Source: a virus
IMG/VR virus record: IMGVR_UViG_3300037010_000424
Span: 6,463-70,462 of that record
DNA length: 64,000 nucleotides
Direction: 5' to 3' (one strand)
A program made the position numbers and the translations under genes. Below, one piece after another: positions 1 to 9,778 of this stretch; the first letter of the stretch is position 1; each line of letters begins with the position of its first letter. Under the pieces are notes generated by a model. It was not told where the DNA came from, made no database searches, and saw only the letters and a program-made list of their open reading frames with translations.

Positions 1-299
1 ATATCGCTTATACTGGAAATTGTATTTTCCTCCATAGCTAACACGTGGGTAGTTTCAAATAAAACTTTATCACGTATGTTTTCAGTTGTATACGGATTAG
101 TGATAGGTTCGTATGCCATTTTCGCAACTACCACTTCTTCTTCTGGTTCTTCTATTGCTTCTTCAGGTAATTCACCGTAGACTACTTCTTCTGGTGCATC
201 GTGGTTCCACGCATCTTCCTCAAGTAAAGGTTGTTCACCTTTTATTCTCACGGTTCGCCCACCTACCGTACTAGTTGGACCATTATATTCTTGTGTCAT
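1..299 (-). CDS. Hypothetical acidic protein, partial (runs off the left edge)
   Basis: Read by hand: ATG at 299 preceded by GGAG, MTQEYNGPTSTVGGRTVRIKGEQPLLEEDAW..., open to position 1; overlaps the end of the upstream ORF. Confidence 0.7.
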   Translation of the reverse strand, partial: MTQEYNGPTSTVGGRTVRIKGEQPLLEEDAWNHDAPEEVVYGELPEEAIEEPEEEVVVAKMAYEPITNPYTTENIRDKVLFETTHVLAMEENTISSISD

Positions 300-939
300 C
301 TGTATTCTCCATTGATTGGTTTTGTTTAATTTCAAGTTCTTTATAGTGTTTTTCGATTATAGCTTGTGCAACGTACATATTTGCTTGCATTGGAGCTAGT
401 ATCTTTAGGGTGTCATCAGATAAAGAATCTAACTCTGACATAGCGGCATTGTAACGCAAGAAACTTTCAGCTGTAACCCTTCCATGGTCATTAATTACTT
501 TGATGTTAATGAGCTTGTTACTAAAATACTGTATGTCACTAAGGTAGGTTTTAAGGATAGATGGTGTTATTTCAGTGAGGGCTAATACCTCAGCTGGTAA
601 TGAGGCAAAATAGTGTGCACTTCTTGTAACATCCTGTACAATAGAACTTTGTTTAGCGTAGTCACTCTTTAGTACATTCCAGTTGTCACTAGACTTAACC
701 ATTTTTTTAGCCTGCTTGTGACTAATTTCAGACGAACTACGCTGTGTGATTTTAATAGTAACCTTTTCTAACCGCTCTCTTTTTAATGGGCTTAAGTTGT
801 TAATCGCCATTACTGGATCCACTTCATCAAATTTATGATTAATTGGCTTAGGTTGAGACGTGGTTACACTTGGTAATTTTGATACCTTGAATAATGTGGC
901 TACATCTTCAATCGGCTTTTCTGTTTGTGGCATACGCAT
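283..939 (-). CDS. Hypothetical phage protein
   Basis: 218-aa ORF with GGAG upstream; no recognisable motif. Confidence 0.65.
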   Translation of the reverse strand: MRMPQTEKPIEDVATLFKVSKLPSVTTSQPKPINHKFDEVDPVMAINNLSPLKRERLEKVTIKITQRSSSEISHKQAKKMVKSSDNWNVLKSDYAKQSSIVQDVTRSAHYFASLPAEVLALTEITPSILKTYLSDIQYFSNKLINIKVINDHGRVTAESFLRYNAAMSELDSLSDDTLKILAPMQANMYVAQAIIEKHYKELEIKQNQSMENTDDTRI

Positions 940-1067
940 ATTCTCCGTCGTGGATATTGTAGGTTTAGTGTTTCGTACATTGAATTTTAGTAAATCATTT
1001 TATTTTATTTATAAGTGTGCTTATATATACGATGTGAGTAATTCTTTTTTAATCTTAGGTGAAATTA

Positions 1068-1913
1068 ATGGACCCTGAAAACAATTTAATTCTTCCTCAT
1101 TTTGAGGGAATGCACACGTTCTTATCAGAACAGGTACTCCAACATTTATATGAAGTTGAGCATATATTTAACGATGTGGATTACGACGGTCACATTGATG
1201 ACATTACAATGTTAAGTAACACGTACCCACATGCAACTAGTTCTGAAAGAGCCAACATGACACTTTGTGTATACCGTGATAACATGGATTTAGTGTTAGC
1301 AAAACAAGGTGTGTTTTTAGCAAACCCATTTAGCGACAAACTCTCAGATATAATTGAGTTATTAAAAGGTTGTACACTTTTAGGAACGCGTCCATTAAAC
1401 GAGTTATTGGCATTTGCTCATTTTGATAGCGATGTTGTAGTTGAGGAATACTTTGCTAGTATCATTTCTGAACTAACCAACTTGGAAGAACATGTAGCGT
1501 ATGAGTTAATACAGCGTGTTTCAGAATCAACTATTGAATACTTACACCAAAATATTCCACTACCTCATGTCGAAGTACACAGTGTAAATTTACATAGGGG
1601 TAGATTTTTAAAACATTTACCTGATGTCGAACACAGTTCTATTGTTGTAGAAATGATAAAATCGATTAATAATTTTGACTATAGCCCGTTTGTCTTTATT
1701 CAAGCGATACGTGACCAATTACTTGAATTAAATAAATATGAAATGGCTGATGAAATATATTTACTGATGTTAGGTAGCCACACTGTTACCCCAGAGTTAC
1801 AAAAGACAACTGTTGCAGTAATCGATACCGTAATGGATTCGTTGAATGACAAAATGGAGTTAACTGGTATGGTAATTAATAAACTTAGAAAACTGGTTCA
1901 GGACGATGAATAA
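1068..1913 (+). CDS. Conserved jumbo-phage protein (phiKZ gp79-like position)
   Basis: ~281-aa ORF overlapping the start of the vRNAP beta' gene; assignment by synteny. Confidence 0.6.
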   Translation: MDPENNLILPHFEGMHTFLSEQVLQHLYEVEHIFNDVDYDGHIDDITMLSNTYPHATSSERANMTLCVYRDNMDLVLAKQGVFLANPFSDKLSDIIELLKGCTLLGTRPLNELLAFAHFDSDVVVEEYFASIISELTNLEEHVAYELIQRVSESTIEYLHQNIPLPHVEVHSVNLHRGRFLKHLPDVEHSSIVVEMIKSINNFDYSPFVFIQAIRDQLLELNKYEMADEIYLLMLGSHTVTPELQKTTVAVIDTVMDSLNDKMELTGMVINKLRKLVQDDE

Positions 1914-3168
1914 ATTAGATTTTTTTATACACTCTATTGGTTCAGAACTATACTTGTATCGTGGGTGGATAGAAAGTGTGTTCTTTATACTAGTTGAAAA
2001 CTCACCAAATAGTCATCTCCATGACCATGGTGTGCATTTAAAGGACAAGAAACTATACGGTTTAGTAAATGGTAAAGAAGTTCAAATTACAGACTTTGTA
2101 TTTGGAGAACCTTTATATAAACCAACCGAACAACTGGTTATTAAGGCACACCAGTTTAAGTGTGTTAAACACGATACAGTTACTAGCTACGGAATAGCCA
2201 TCATAAACGCATTTTATATTGAGTACCCATACAGTGGAAAGTGTGACTTTATAAATCCACCACCAGGTAAATCAATTAAAGCATCTCAGTTAAACGATGT
2301 GGCATTACACATGTTAGTCACAGATAAAGCAACAGTGGCTGAACATAAAAAATTTGAAAACGCTGTGTGTTCAACTACACCACTTGTGGAATGTTGTTTA
2401 GTTCCGGCAACAGAGAAGTCGTACGTTAATAATAAACAGATCGCTATTAGACGAGATGAATTAATAAAAGAGAACGAAGGGCAATTAAATGATGGAGCAG
2501 TAATCGCCAAAATACAAGCCGAGCTGGAAAAGTTAGATGTCGAGTATTTAAAAGGAGATCCATCTGAATTTTATAATAGCACAAAAAAGGCTAGGGCTAG
2601 TAGGACACGCACACAGTTAATGTTTGGTGGAGAACAAGATTATTTCGACGCCACTAGCACTAACTTAATATCAAACTCATTGCAGGAGGGTATGCAGTTA
2701 AAAGATATTCCAATGATGGCTAATAGTATACGGAATGCATCTCGTAGACGAGCTGTTGCTACTGCTAACGGTGGAGCTAAAGTTAAAGAGACCACGCGAG
2801 TAATTGCTAACTATAGAATCCTATCGACTGACTGTAAAGCAAAACGCGGTATACGTAGAGAAATGAATAAGGATAACTATTCACTTTACATAGGTAGATA
2901 TTTAGTGGGTAGCAATAAACCTTTAACGGAAGCCGAATTACGAAGTTTAATCGGAAAGAAAATCCATTTGCGATCTAACCAATGGTGTGACTCACCAGGT
3001 AATACTGTGTGCCCAATCTGTACAGGCGACACTATCTACGCCACCAAATTGGGTCTATCTGCTTTAGCTAATACATTAACTAGTACACTTATGTTGATTG
3101 ATATGTCAGCAATGCATACGTCTGGTTTAAAAACAGCTAGATATGATTTTTCCACGAGAATATCATAG
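1906..3168 (+). CDS. Virion RNA polymerase beta' subunit, C-terminal part (phiKZ gp80-like)
   Basis: beta'-like features: NSLQEG, bridge-helix-like RRRAVATANGG, Zn site DC...LRSNQWC-x6-CPIC-G, trigger-loop-like MSAMH. Confidence 0.88.
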   Translation: MNKLDFFIHSIGSELYLYRGWIESVFFILVENSPNSHLHDHGVHLKDKKLYGLVNGKEVQITDFVFGEPLYKPTEQLVIKAHQFKCVKHDTVTSYGIAIINAFYIEYPYSGKCDFINPPPGKSIKASQLNDVALHMLVTDKATVAEHKKFENAVCSTTPLVECCLVPATEKSYVNNKQIAIRRDELIKENEGQLNDGAVIAKIQAELEKLDVEYLKGDPSEFYNSTKKARASRTRTQLMFGGEQDYFDATSTNLISNSLQEGMQLKDIPMMANSIRNASRRRAVATANGGAKVKETTRVIANYRILSTDCKAKRGIRREMNKDNYSLYIGRYLVGSNKPLTEAELRSLIGKKIHLRSNQWCDSPGNTVCPICTGDTIYATKLGLSALANTLTSTLMLIDMSAMHTSGLKTARYDFSTRIS

Positions 3169-3242
3169 GCAAGAAATACGGATTACAATTAAATACAAAT
3201 ATCGAAATATCCACCAACCCCAACCATAGAGAGATAAATAAC

Positions 3243-3941
3243 ATGGCACAACAACCACAAACCAATAAACAAATCCCAGTAGTCGATACAACTAAACCCA
3301 ATGTACAACCGCCAGTGCTACCGGAGGTCACAGTGACTGCTGCCGAAACTGAAATTAAAGGTACGGAAGAAAAAATTGACGGTAAAGCCGCCGAAGGAAC
3401 TTTACTGGACAATCCACTCGAACAATCAGCCGCCATTGATAAACCGGAAGTAGCCACTGGCGATTCGGATACAGAAAACGCTCCTCTGGAAGAAGAATTA
3501 ATCCTTTGCCCAGATGCACTCATCAATAAACAGTTAGTTCGTGGTCTGGAAGGTATCCGTGAACTATTTGAAACGAGTCAGATGTCTAATGTCGGCCCAT
3601 TCCATGTGGATACCTATAACTCGTTGTCTCGCGCTTTAACAGTGCTTTCATGGGAAGATACTAAAACAACACTGGACAACTTGTTTTTGTATATGGAAAA
3701 ATACAGTGAGGGACATTGTCACCAAAATAACATTCTCCAAAATGTAACATTTTGTAAGTTGTCGAAAAGTGCACAACTCGAGTACACTAAACTTATAAGT
3801 TTATTCGTGTCATTACAGAACCCAAGTAGTCGTGGTGTAACAGCTAAAGCCATCAACTGGAACACAGTCCCAGCCGGGTTTACAGCAGCCCACGGCAATG
3901 ATTACACTGACAAGTTTAAACGCTACTTCAACATTCATTAA
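3243..3941 (+). CDS. Hypothetical phage protein with low-complexity acidic N-terminus
   Basis: 232-aa ORF directly after the vRNAP subunit. Confidence 0.7.
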   Translation: MAQQPQTNKQIPVVDTTKPNVQPPVLPEVTVTAAETEIKGTEEKIDGKAAEGTLLDNPLEQSAAIDKPEVATGDSDTENAPLEEELILCPDALINKQLVRGLEGIRELFETSQMSNVGPFHVDTYNSLSRALTVLSWEDTKTTLDNLFLYMEKYSEGHCHQNNILQNVTFCKLSKSAQLEYTKLISLFVSLQNPSSRGVTAKAINWNTVPAGFTAAHGNDYTDKFKRYFNIH

Positions 3942-3992
3942 AAAATAATACACGCGCTTATAGTCTGTAAGAACTCATCGGTAAGATAAACA

Positions 3993-4002
3993 TACATTAT
4001 CT
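3993..4002 (+). promoter_or_regulatory. Early-type phage promoter, variant TACATTATCT
   Basis: One mismatch to the recurring AAACATATATTATCT motif; intergenic. Confidence 0.55.
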
Positions 4003-4132
4003 TTGGGTAATACAAATCTCCACTTACTCTGGAGTTGTTAACTAGCGTTAAAGTTAACTGTAGATTCGTCTACATTCGCATTGTTGGTTAGTACAATAAC
4101 TATTTTTTCATTTATTATAAAAGGTTAAAGTT

Positions 4133-4204
4133 ATGAGAAAATCACACTTGTACACTGGGTGCGGTTATGGGTCTAGTAAAAGTCCCGTGGCTACAACGTG
4201 GTAA
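4133..4204 (+). CDS. Putative 23-aa small ORF MRKSHLYTGCGYGSSKSPVATTW
   Basis: AAAGG ribosome site upstream; lies between the promoter motif and a terminator. Confidence 0.35.
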   Translation: MRKSHLYTGCGYGSSKSPVATTW

Positions 4205-4259
4205 ATTCGAAACTACGGCTTCATACCAAGTCGCAGTCTCGGCGTAGCATCTAATGAAA

Positions 4260-4285
4260 CACCACAGCCTGAAACGGCTGTGGTG
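4260..4285 (+). terminator. Hairpin terminator
   Basis: CACCACAGCC-tgaaac-GGCTGTGGTG followed by a T-rich stretch. Confidence 0.65.
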
Positions 4286-4305
4286 CGGAATATTACGTTT
4301 ATTTT

Positions 4306-4884
4306 TTGTTGAGGTATAAAATGCTACAACCTTTACTTGAGTTAAATGAGGACGTGATGGTGTGGAATTCCACTACCCGTCGTAAACTATTGAGTTTCTT
4401 TGATTACCCAATAGCCAAATCCTCAGACGGTTTTCCACTAGTGGAAAATAAATATCATAGAGTTGTGTCTGCTGATGACACATTTACAATAATGCGACCT
4501 TCCGATTGGGGCAACCCGTATGCAGTGTGTGACTATGAAGAGTATAACAAAGACGACCAGCGTGAAATTGTCGTAGCTATGCATATACTAACCCTACTAT
4601 GCAATGCACACGCCATCATTGTGTGTAGTAAAACTATGCGTGGTAAACGGCTACTATGCTGCTGCTATCCTAAACTTTGCCACGGTAATATACTAGTGTT
4701 ACTTTCAAACAACCCTTTGTTCTTTGTACAGGGACTCAAAAGGTTATGCGATTACATAACTGCACAAAAGAACTCCGGAAACCCGGTGGTCAGTGACAAT
4801 ATGCACACTGCCATTTACGCAACGTATCTAGATGTTAAACCGATACTCGCACCAAGATTAAAACTCATTTCTACTAAAGGTTAA
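4306..4884 (+). CDS. DUF4326-family protein
   Basis: Motifs RPSDWGNPY and RGKRLLCCCYPKLCHGNIL match the DUF4326 pattern; start may be ATG 4321. Confidence 0.8.
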   Translation: MLRYKMLQPLLELNEDVMVWNSTTRRKLLSFFDYPIAKSSDGFPLVENKYHRVVSADDTFTIMRPSDWGNPYAVCDYEEYNKDDQREIVVAMHILTLLCNAHAIIVCSKTMRGKRLLCCCYPKLCHGNILVLLSNNPLFFVQGLKRLCDYITAQKNSGNPVVSDNMHTAIYATYLDVKPILAPRLKLISTKG

Positions 4885-4887
4885 GCT

Positions 4888-5052
4888 ATGTCAGATTTTG
4901 TCAAGGGTACACCGTACAGAAACAAATCTTCTAACAATGTTGTGTCTATTGTTAGTGTAAGTGCAACAACAGTCACATACACTGTTAAAGGTATGTCAGC
5001 CCCACAGCGGTTAGCCGTTAGTGTATTCAACAATTTATTTGAAAAGGTTTAA
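4888..5052 (+). CDS. Small 54-aa protein, DUF4222/SH3-like
   Basis: Not in the ORF track; MSDFVKGTPYRNKSSNNVVSIVSVSATTVTYTVKG...FNNLFEKV; AAAGG upstream; fills the gap exactly. Confidence 0.65.
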   Translation: MSDFVKGTPYRNKSSNNVVSIVSVSATTVTYTVKGMSAPQRLAVSVFNNLFEKV

Positions 5053-5055
5053 AAA

Positions 5056-5787
5056 ATGTACGAAACAATAGTTAGCTATATTAACAACACTCTATTCTCA
5101 CCAACAGCTATAGCGTTCGATTTCCACCCTTGGATGGCGTGGTCGGCTATCGTGTTTATTGTCCTAACAGCATATCTTTGTAAAAAACTAGATATGGCTA
5201 GAGAAAAAACACGAACCGACAAACACAACGCAATTGTTACTTCTTTAAAAGAAGATAATGCCGCGTTACTAACCGACCTATCTGCTGCACTCCTTGAGGT
5301 TGATACAATGGTGAAACAGGTGGATTTACTTAATAGAAACCACCGTGTCGTTTCTGATGAACTAGCGTATTTGAAAACTAAACTAGCTCATGACACTGAG
5401 TACAAAAATAACGTTTATCGCGCAATCGTTAATTTTTATCAAATCACACACTCCATGATATGGCGCGGAAGCTTAAGCAAAATCGTAACTGAATTATTAA
5501 CAGCACAAAGTTTGAGTGGGACAAGTGTCGAAACACAACGTTGTGTTGATAATTTGTATGAACTTAAAAACCGATATGTGGCGTTAGATTCCGAGCTACG
5601 AACAATATTGGTTGGAGTACCTGCGTATCTAGATGCGCTCACAAGCAGCTTAGTTACATCGGATGAAATGGTTGAAGTGGCAGTTGTTGTACCCGTGGGC
5701 GATGCAACAGCATTGCACCAATATACCATGAACCTTCGTAAGGTTTACGAAGGGACTAAACCGGCACCATTGTTAGAAGAGGCGTGA
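5056..5787 (+). CDS. Membrane-anchored coiled-coil protein
   Basis: N-terminal hydrophobic helix WMAWSAIVFIVLTAYLC followed by a heptad-rich region. Confidence 0.7.
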   Translation: MYETIVSYINNTLFSPTAIAFDFHPWMAWSAIVFIVLTAYLCKKLDMAREKTRTDKHNAIVTSLKEDNAALLTDLSAALLEVDTMVKQVDLLNRNHRVVSDELAYLKTKLAHDTEYKNNVYRAIVNFYQITHSMIWRGSLSKIVTELLTAQSLSGTSVETQRCVDNLYELKNRYVALDSELRTILVGVPAYLDALTSSLVTSDEMVEVAVVVPVGDATALHQYTMNLRKVYEGTKPAPLLEEA

Positions 5788-6047
5788 TGAACAGCGTTGT
5801 GTCTTTTATGGCTATTTTTATTTCAGTGCTATCTATCTGTATCAACGTAATAGTGTTAAGTCGGTTGCATCAAGTTCGTAAACAATTAGATAAACTACAC
5901 ACGGTGTATGTAGATGAATATGATAGTAGATTGTGTGCTATCGAAAAAGATTATTTCAGTTTAGATTTACGCACAAATAGTATCGCCACTAATGTAGAAA
6001 GTGTTATTGCAAGACTTAAGCACATAGTGGGTATTTTAAAGGGTTGA
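5784..6047 (+). CDS. Small membrane protein
   Basis: N-terminal TM helix and coiled-coil tail; overlaps the upstream stop. Confidence 0.65.
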   Translation: MMNSVVSFMAIFISVLSICINVIVLSRLHQVRKQLDKLHTVYVDEYDSRLCAIEKDYFSLDLRTNSIATNVESVIARLKHIVGILKG

Positions 6048-6050
6048 CAA

Positions 6051-6088
6051 TGTGTCACCACCAAGACAACTGTCTTGGTGGTGACACA
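6051..6088. terminator. Long inverted repeat (18-bp arms, 2-nt spacer)
   Basis: TGTGTCACCACCAAGACA-ac-TGTCTTGGTGGTGACACA right after a stop codon. Confidence 0.8.
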
Positions 6089-6120
6089 CGTTTAAACAAT
6101 ATTCATTTTTTATACATTTA

Positions 6121-6130
6121 TATATCATCT
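6121..6130 (+). promoter_or_regulatory. Early-type promoter TATATCATCT with leader hairpin at 6165-6183
   Basis: Recurring intergenic motif resembling the phiKZ early promoter TATATTAC. Confidence 0.7.
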
Positions 6131-6204
6131 GATTGATAGACGTAATTTAATTTAAATAAAAGTCGCTAATCCTTTTGATTAGCTAATTAACTAGGGGGTT
6201 TACC

Positions 6205-6840
6205 ATGTCAAAAACAAATGTAGCTGAATCACGAGTAACCGTTGATGTAGCGTTTCTGATTGATTTATTTGACCACCACAATGTGGACTGGAAATCGTGG
6301 AAGGTTAAAACGCTGGATAACCTTGTTGACGATTTATCAAAATCTGAAAGAACAATTACCTATACCAACGGTGAAATTGCGTTGAACTCCCGGGTGGTTT
6401 CGTGTGAAATATATTTTGGTGGTAAACAATTAATCGAAACACAATTAAAGTCGCCAACTGGAACACTTAACCGAAATATCCCATGTGGTGGAAAACTGGC
6501 GTTACGTGAAGATCCAAGAGGTGGTATGATACGAGAGCTAAAAGAGGAACTCGGATTAGACTTAGAACCTACATATCTAGGTGTGACTAAAGAAGAAAGA
6601 CACCAGTCGTATTATCCTGGTCTCCTAGGGGTTGTAACACATTACCGTTTTGCTACACCTTTACACCCAAACCAGTATAAAGAATCGTACGTCCACACTG
6701 AAGGTGATATCACATTTACGTTTAACTGGGTAGATGCAAATGATTTACTAGTCGTTCATCATACACCGCAACGTGACAGGATACTTTCTCCACAACTGAG
6801 TAATGTGAAAGCTGTGCATGTTGCAGAATGGATGGGTTAG
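6205..6840 (+). CDS. NUDIX hydrolase
   Basis: Nudix box GGKLALREDPRGGMIRELKEELGL. Confidence 0.85.
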   Translation: MSKTNVAESRVTVDVAFLIDLFDHHNVDWKSWKVKTLDNLVDDLSKSERTITYTNGEIALNSRVVSCEIYFGGKQLIETQLKSPTGTLNRNIPCGGKLALREDPRGGMIRELKEELGLDLEPTYLGVTKEERHQSYYPGLLGVVTHYRFATPLHPNQYKESYVHTEGDITFTFNWVDANDLLVVHHTPQRDRILSPQLSNVKAVHVAEWMG

Positions 6841-6844
6841 TCAG

Positions 6845-7003
6845 ATGGAGATTAAGAAGATAATCGGTAACGAAACACTTTTGGTTGCCAGAACTAATTT
6901 TATGATTGGTGGGTGTGAAAGTATGGATGACTCTCCGGCTGTAACAGTTATAGCATTTGATAAGTTGGTTGATAACAAAGTGTTAATATGGGTATCTGTT
7001 TGA
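6845..7003 (+). CDS. Small hypothetical protein
   Basis: 52-aa ORF from ATG 6845, 4 nt after the NUDIX stop. Confidence 0.45.
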   Translation: MEIKKIIGNETLLVARTNFMIGGCESMDDSPAVTVIAFDKLVDNKVLIWVSV

Positions 7004-7049
7004 ACGTCCCAAATTTCAGTGAATAAATTGACAAACTGATAGATGTGTA

Positions 7050-7089
7050 GTACAGTGTGGGAGTCGGTTAACCGACTCCCACACTGTAC
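7050..7089. terminator. 40-bp perfect palindrome between convergent genes
   Basis: GTACAGTGTGGGAGTCGGTT|AACCGACTCCCACACTGTAC followed by a long T run. Confidence 0.85.
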
Positions 7090-7114
7090 ACTGTTTTTTT
7101 TTTTACTTTTTAAT

Positions 7115-7469
7115 CTAGTGTAACTCTACCAGATTAGAATCTACGTTTAAAACATCTTTTTCAAATTCCGCATAAAATACATCAAGTGACGGCATACCAT
7201 AACACGACATACCTAGTGAAACTGGGTTAGCAACAACTGATGTTAAGTTAATACCTATTTCTCTTTGTTGATACTCTACCAAACCATCAATAGCACAGAG
7301 TACGAATACGTTTGTTCCTTTAGACACATTGCCAATTTCCCCACCTGATGGATAAGCGCCTGTTAAATCTATATCGGATGCAAATAACATAATGTTAGTT
7401 GCCATTTCTGGAAACTCTTTAATTACACACACTCCGAGTCCTTCTTCTAACTCTGCGGCTAAAGTAATG
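7115..7469 (-). CDS. Family-B DNA polymerase subunit (phiKZ gp82-like), exon 2
   Basis: Contains PolB motif-A-like DIDLTGAYPS; in frame with exon 1 after intron removal (W-I-I-T-L-A-A-E-L). Confidence 0.85.
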
Positions 7470-8232
7470 CCTTTTGTCCCATTAGCTCGTTACACTAATG
7501 CGGTGTGCTAAGACACCCGCCTACACTCTCGTGTAGGAGCAGATCATATCACCATCCTCTGAGATTAACCCAGGCGGGATGTGTACTATTTCTTCCTCAT
7601 TTTATAACTAGAGGCTCTACACCCAGTTACGGGTTGATCGTTGAACGTTCTCCATATCACATAGTGACTTAGGAGCTTCGCTGCTGATTGTCTCTACCTA
7701 ATCATTTTCAAACATTCATGTTCTAGATATAAATATCTAGTCTCACTCTTTCGAGAACATTGTAGTTGATTAGTCTAACGAGTTATTCCAGCAATTAAGT
7801 ACATTTTCATCTACCGATTCCTCGATAGGGGGACCTAAATTATCTGTTAGATAATATTTAATAAAATGAACACCACTTAAACATTCCACTGGTTGACTAA
7901 ACGCGTAATACACATTGTCAAATTCTACATTGTTCGGATTGTTATCATGGTACATGGGCTTTATATAAACCCATTGAGATATAGGTACCGATATGTTATA
8001 TTTACACACCGCAACCAAACTACCATACTCAAACTTACCAACCTCAGGTAAATCTGCGTAACATTTACCGCCCACACTTATTACAGGTAAAGAAGCATCT
8101 TTGTAATACACTTTACCGTTAAAGAATTTTAACCCATGCACATTTTCATTTTTATTAAACATAACGAACACCATATAGTTGATAAACGTACTATAGCAAT
8201 AAAATGTTCGTGTATAACATATACCTTATTTG
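7470..8232 (-). ncRNA. Group I self-splicing intron (763 nt, IA-like)
   Basis: Minus strand: 5' splice after U (GGAU|C) paired to IGS GGUCC (7831-7835); P AATTGCTGGAA, Q AATCAGCAG, R GTTCAACGATCA, S GATATGATCT; P3 TGTACT/AGTACA; terminal omega-G. Confidence 0.92.
7770..8174 (-). CDS. Intron-encoded ORF, truncated or degenerate HNH homing-endonuclease-like
   Basis: Lies in intron loop L1 and reads into the ribozyme core; HNH-like YHDNNPNNVEFDNV; only 134 aa. Confidence 0.6.
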   Translation of the reverse strand: MVFVMFNKNENVHGLKFFNGKVYYKDASLPVISVGGKCYADLPEVGKFEYGSLVAVCKYNISVPISQWVYIKPMYHDNNPNNVEFDNVYYAFSQPVECLSGVHFIKYYLTDNLGPPIEESVDENVLNCWNNSLD

Positions 8233-9599
8233 ATCCAACGTTCAGTAGTTGGGATTAATGCATCCAACTTACTAACCATGTTTTTAGCTGTACTACCTAT
8301 TACTAAACCCTCTTCCATTTCCTCGATGTGTAAATCCGTCGCTAGACGTCTAGGGTTACTTTTAAACTTATCAAAACTAGATGTGTCAACTTGCGGTCTA
8401 ATGGTTTCACACAAGTCTTTTGTTTTCTCATCTAGAAGCTCCATAAACACACCGTCACCGAATAAATATGCCATATACTCAGGTTTGTATTTACTCTGCA
8501 TAATTTGATGCCACAGACGTCCAGATATCTTACTAGAGATAGCTTTAAATTTCATCTTACCAATCTGTAAAAATTCATGTAAGATTGCATCTAAACCGTA
8601 GCCATTTCTCTGTTGTTCTCTAGCTCTAACCGTTCTAAATGTTGACATAGCGCAGATACAGTAGAAGCTAGCTGGCGCGTATACAGTGTGCCATCTTTGA
8701 GATGGAACGGTCGCCATCCGTTCACCATTAGACTTAACTTTAAATGGGGCTTCTTTATTCCATCTAAAGTGTTTGTAATTATCCGGTACAGACGGGTCAC
8801 TAAATATTAATGCTGGGTCTATATCTTCTTCTTTTAACGCCGCTAACATATGTTCAATATCACCCTCCATGTTCCAGAACGCTAAGAAGTCCGGTTGGAG
8901 TTTATGAACTGTTTTCATTAAAGCAATAACTACTTTAGTTTGGTTAGCATGTACAGTGATTCTAAGGTCGATGTTTCTATTTTTCAGTAAGTCTTTATGG
9001 TGGTACTCACACACCTCTCTTACTTTCTTCTTTATTAAGTCAGGTGGCCAATCCCACCATTTAGCACTGATTGCAATATGTACTACGTTCTTCATACTGA
9101 CTATGCCAGATATGATTGGTTCTTTAGGGTCTTCCATAGACCACTCATAATCCATTACTGCAACAGTGCTTTTACTAAACATCTTACCGTATCGTTCGGC
9201 GTAGTCAGCTTTAAGTAAATCTTCCGAAGTAATGTCTGTGCCATATACGTACGGGCTACTATTAACGTCTCTTAACTGTGGTACACGGTCAGGTCTAAAC
9301 CCATTTATCTTTTCAAATACACTTTTGGTTAAGTTACTTTGTGTACTATAAAACTTATCTAGTTTACGATCCTCTTCAAACTCACGTTTATCTTTGTGAA
9401 CACGATACTGTTTCTTAGTAATCCAATATGGACGTTTGTAGTTTTCAATCGTGCGGAGTCTTCGTTTAGGTTCAGCCCCGGGTTTATGTATAATTTCCTT
9501 AATAATCAGTGCGTCATTATTCTTGTTATATCTATCTCTTACGAATGTAGAAAAAACATATTCGCGTTTAACATCGTCTTTCTTTTCTGGAGTGCTCAT
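8233..9599 (-). CDS. Family-B DNA polymerase subunit with 3'-5' exonuclease (phiKZ gp82-like), exon 1
   Basis: Exo I MDYEW, Exo II FWNMEGD, Exo III YLFGD; spliced product is 573 aa from ATG 9599. Confidence 0.87.
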
Positions 9600-9778
9600 G
9601 TTTATAACCACGCTAACGTTTTATTTTTGTGAGAAGTTAAAGTTTACATTGAAAAGGTATTAACTACACCTTCCCACTAGTCGTATTATATCGAATAACG
9701 ATATATTAGAAATTCAGTGTAGAATGATATGTTTGAAACGAGTTATAATGTATGGTAACATACCTATGTGGAGGAGTG

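Noticed and set aside
4157-4228. tRNA-like stretch containing TTCGAAA and ending in ACCA
   Set aside because: No acceptor stem, D arm or proper 5-bp T stem can be drawn
8226-8228. Polymerase as a pseudogene, or stop-codon recoding
   Set aside because: The TAA lies inside the group I intron; other genes are intact under the standard code
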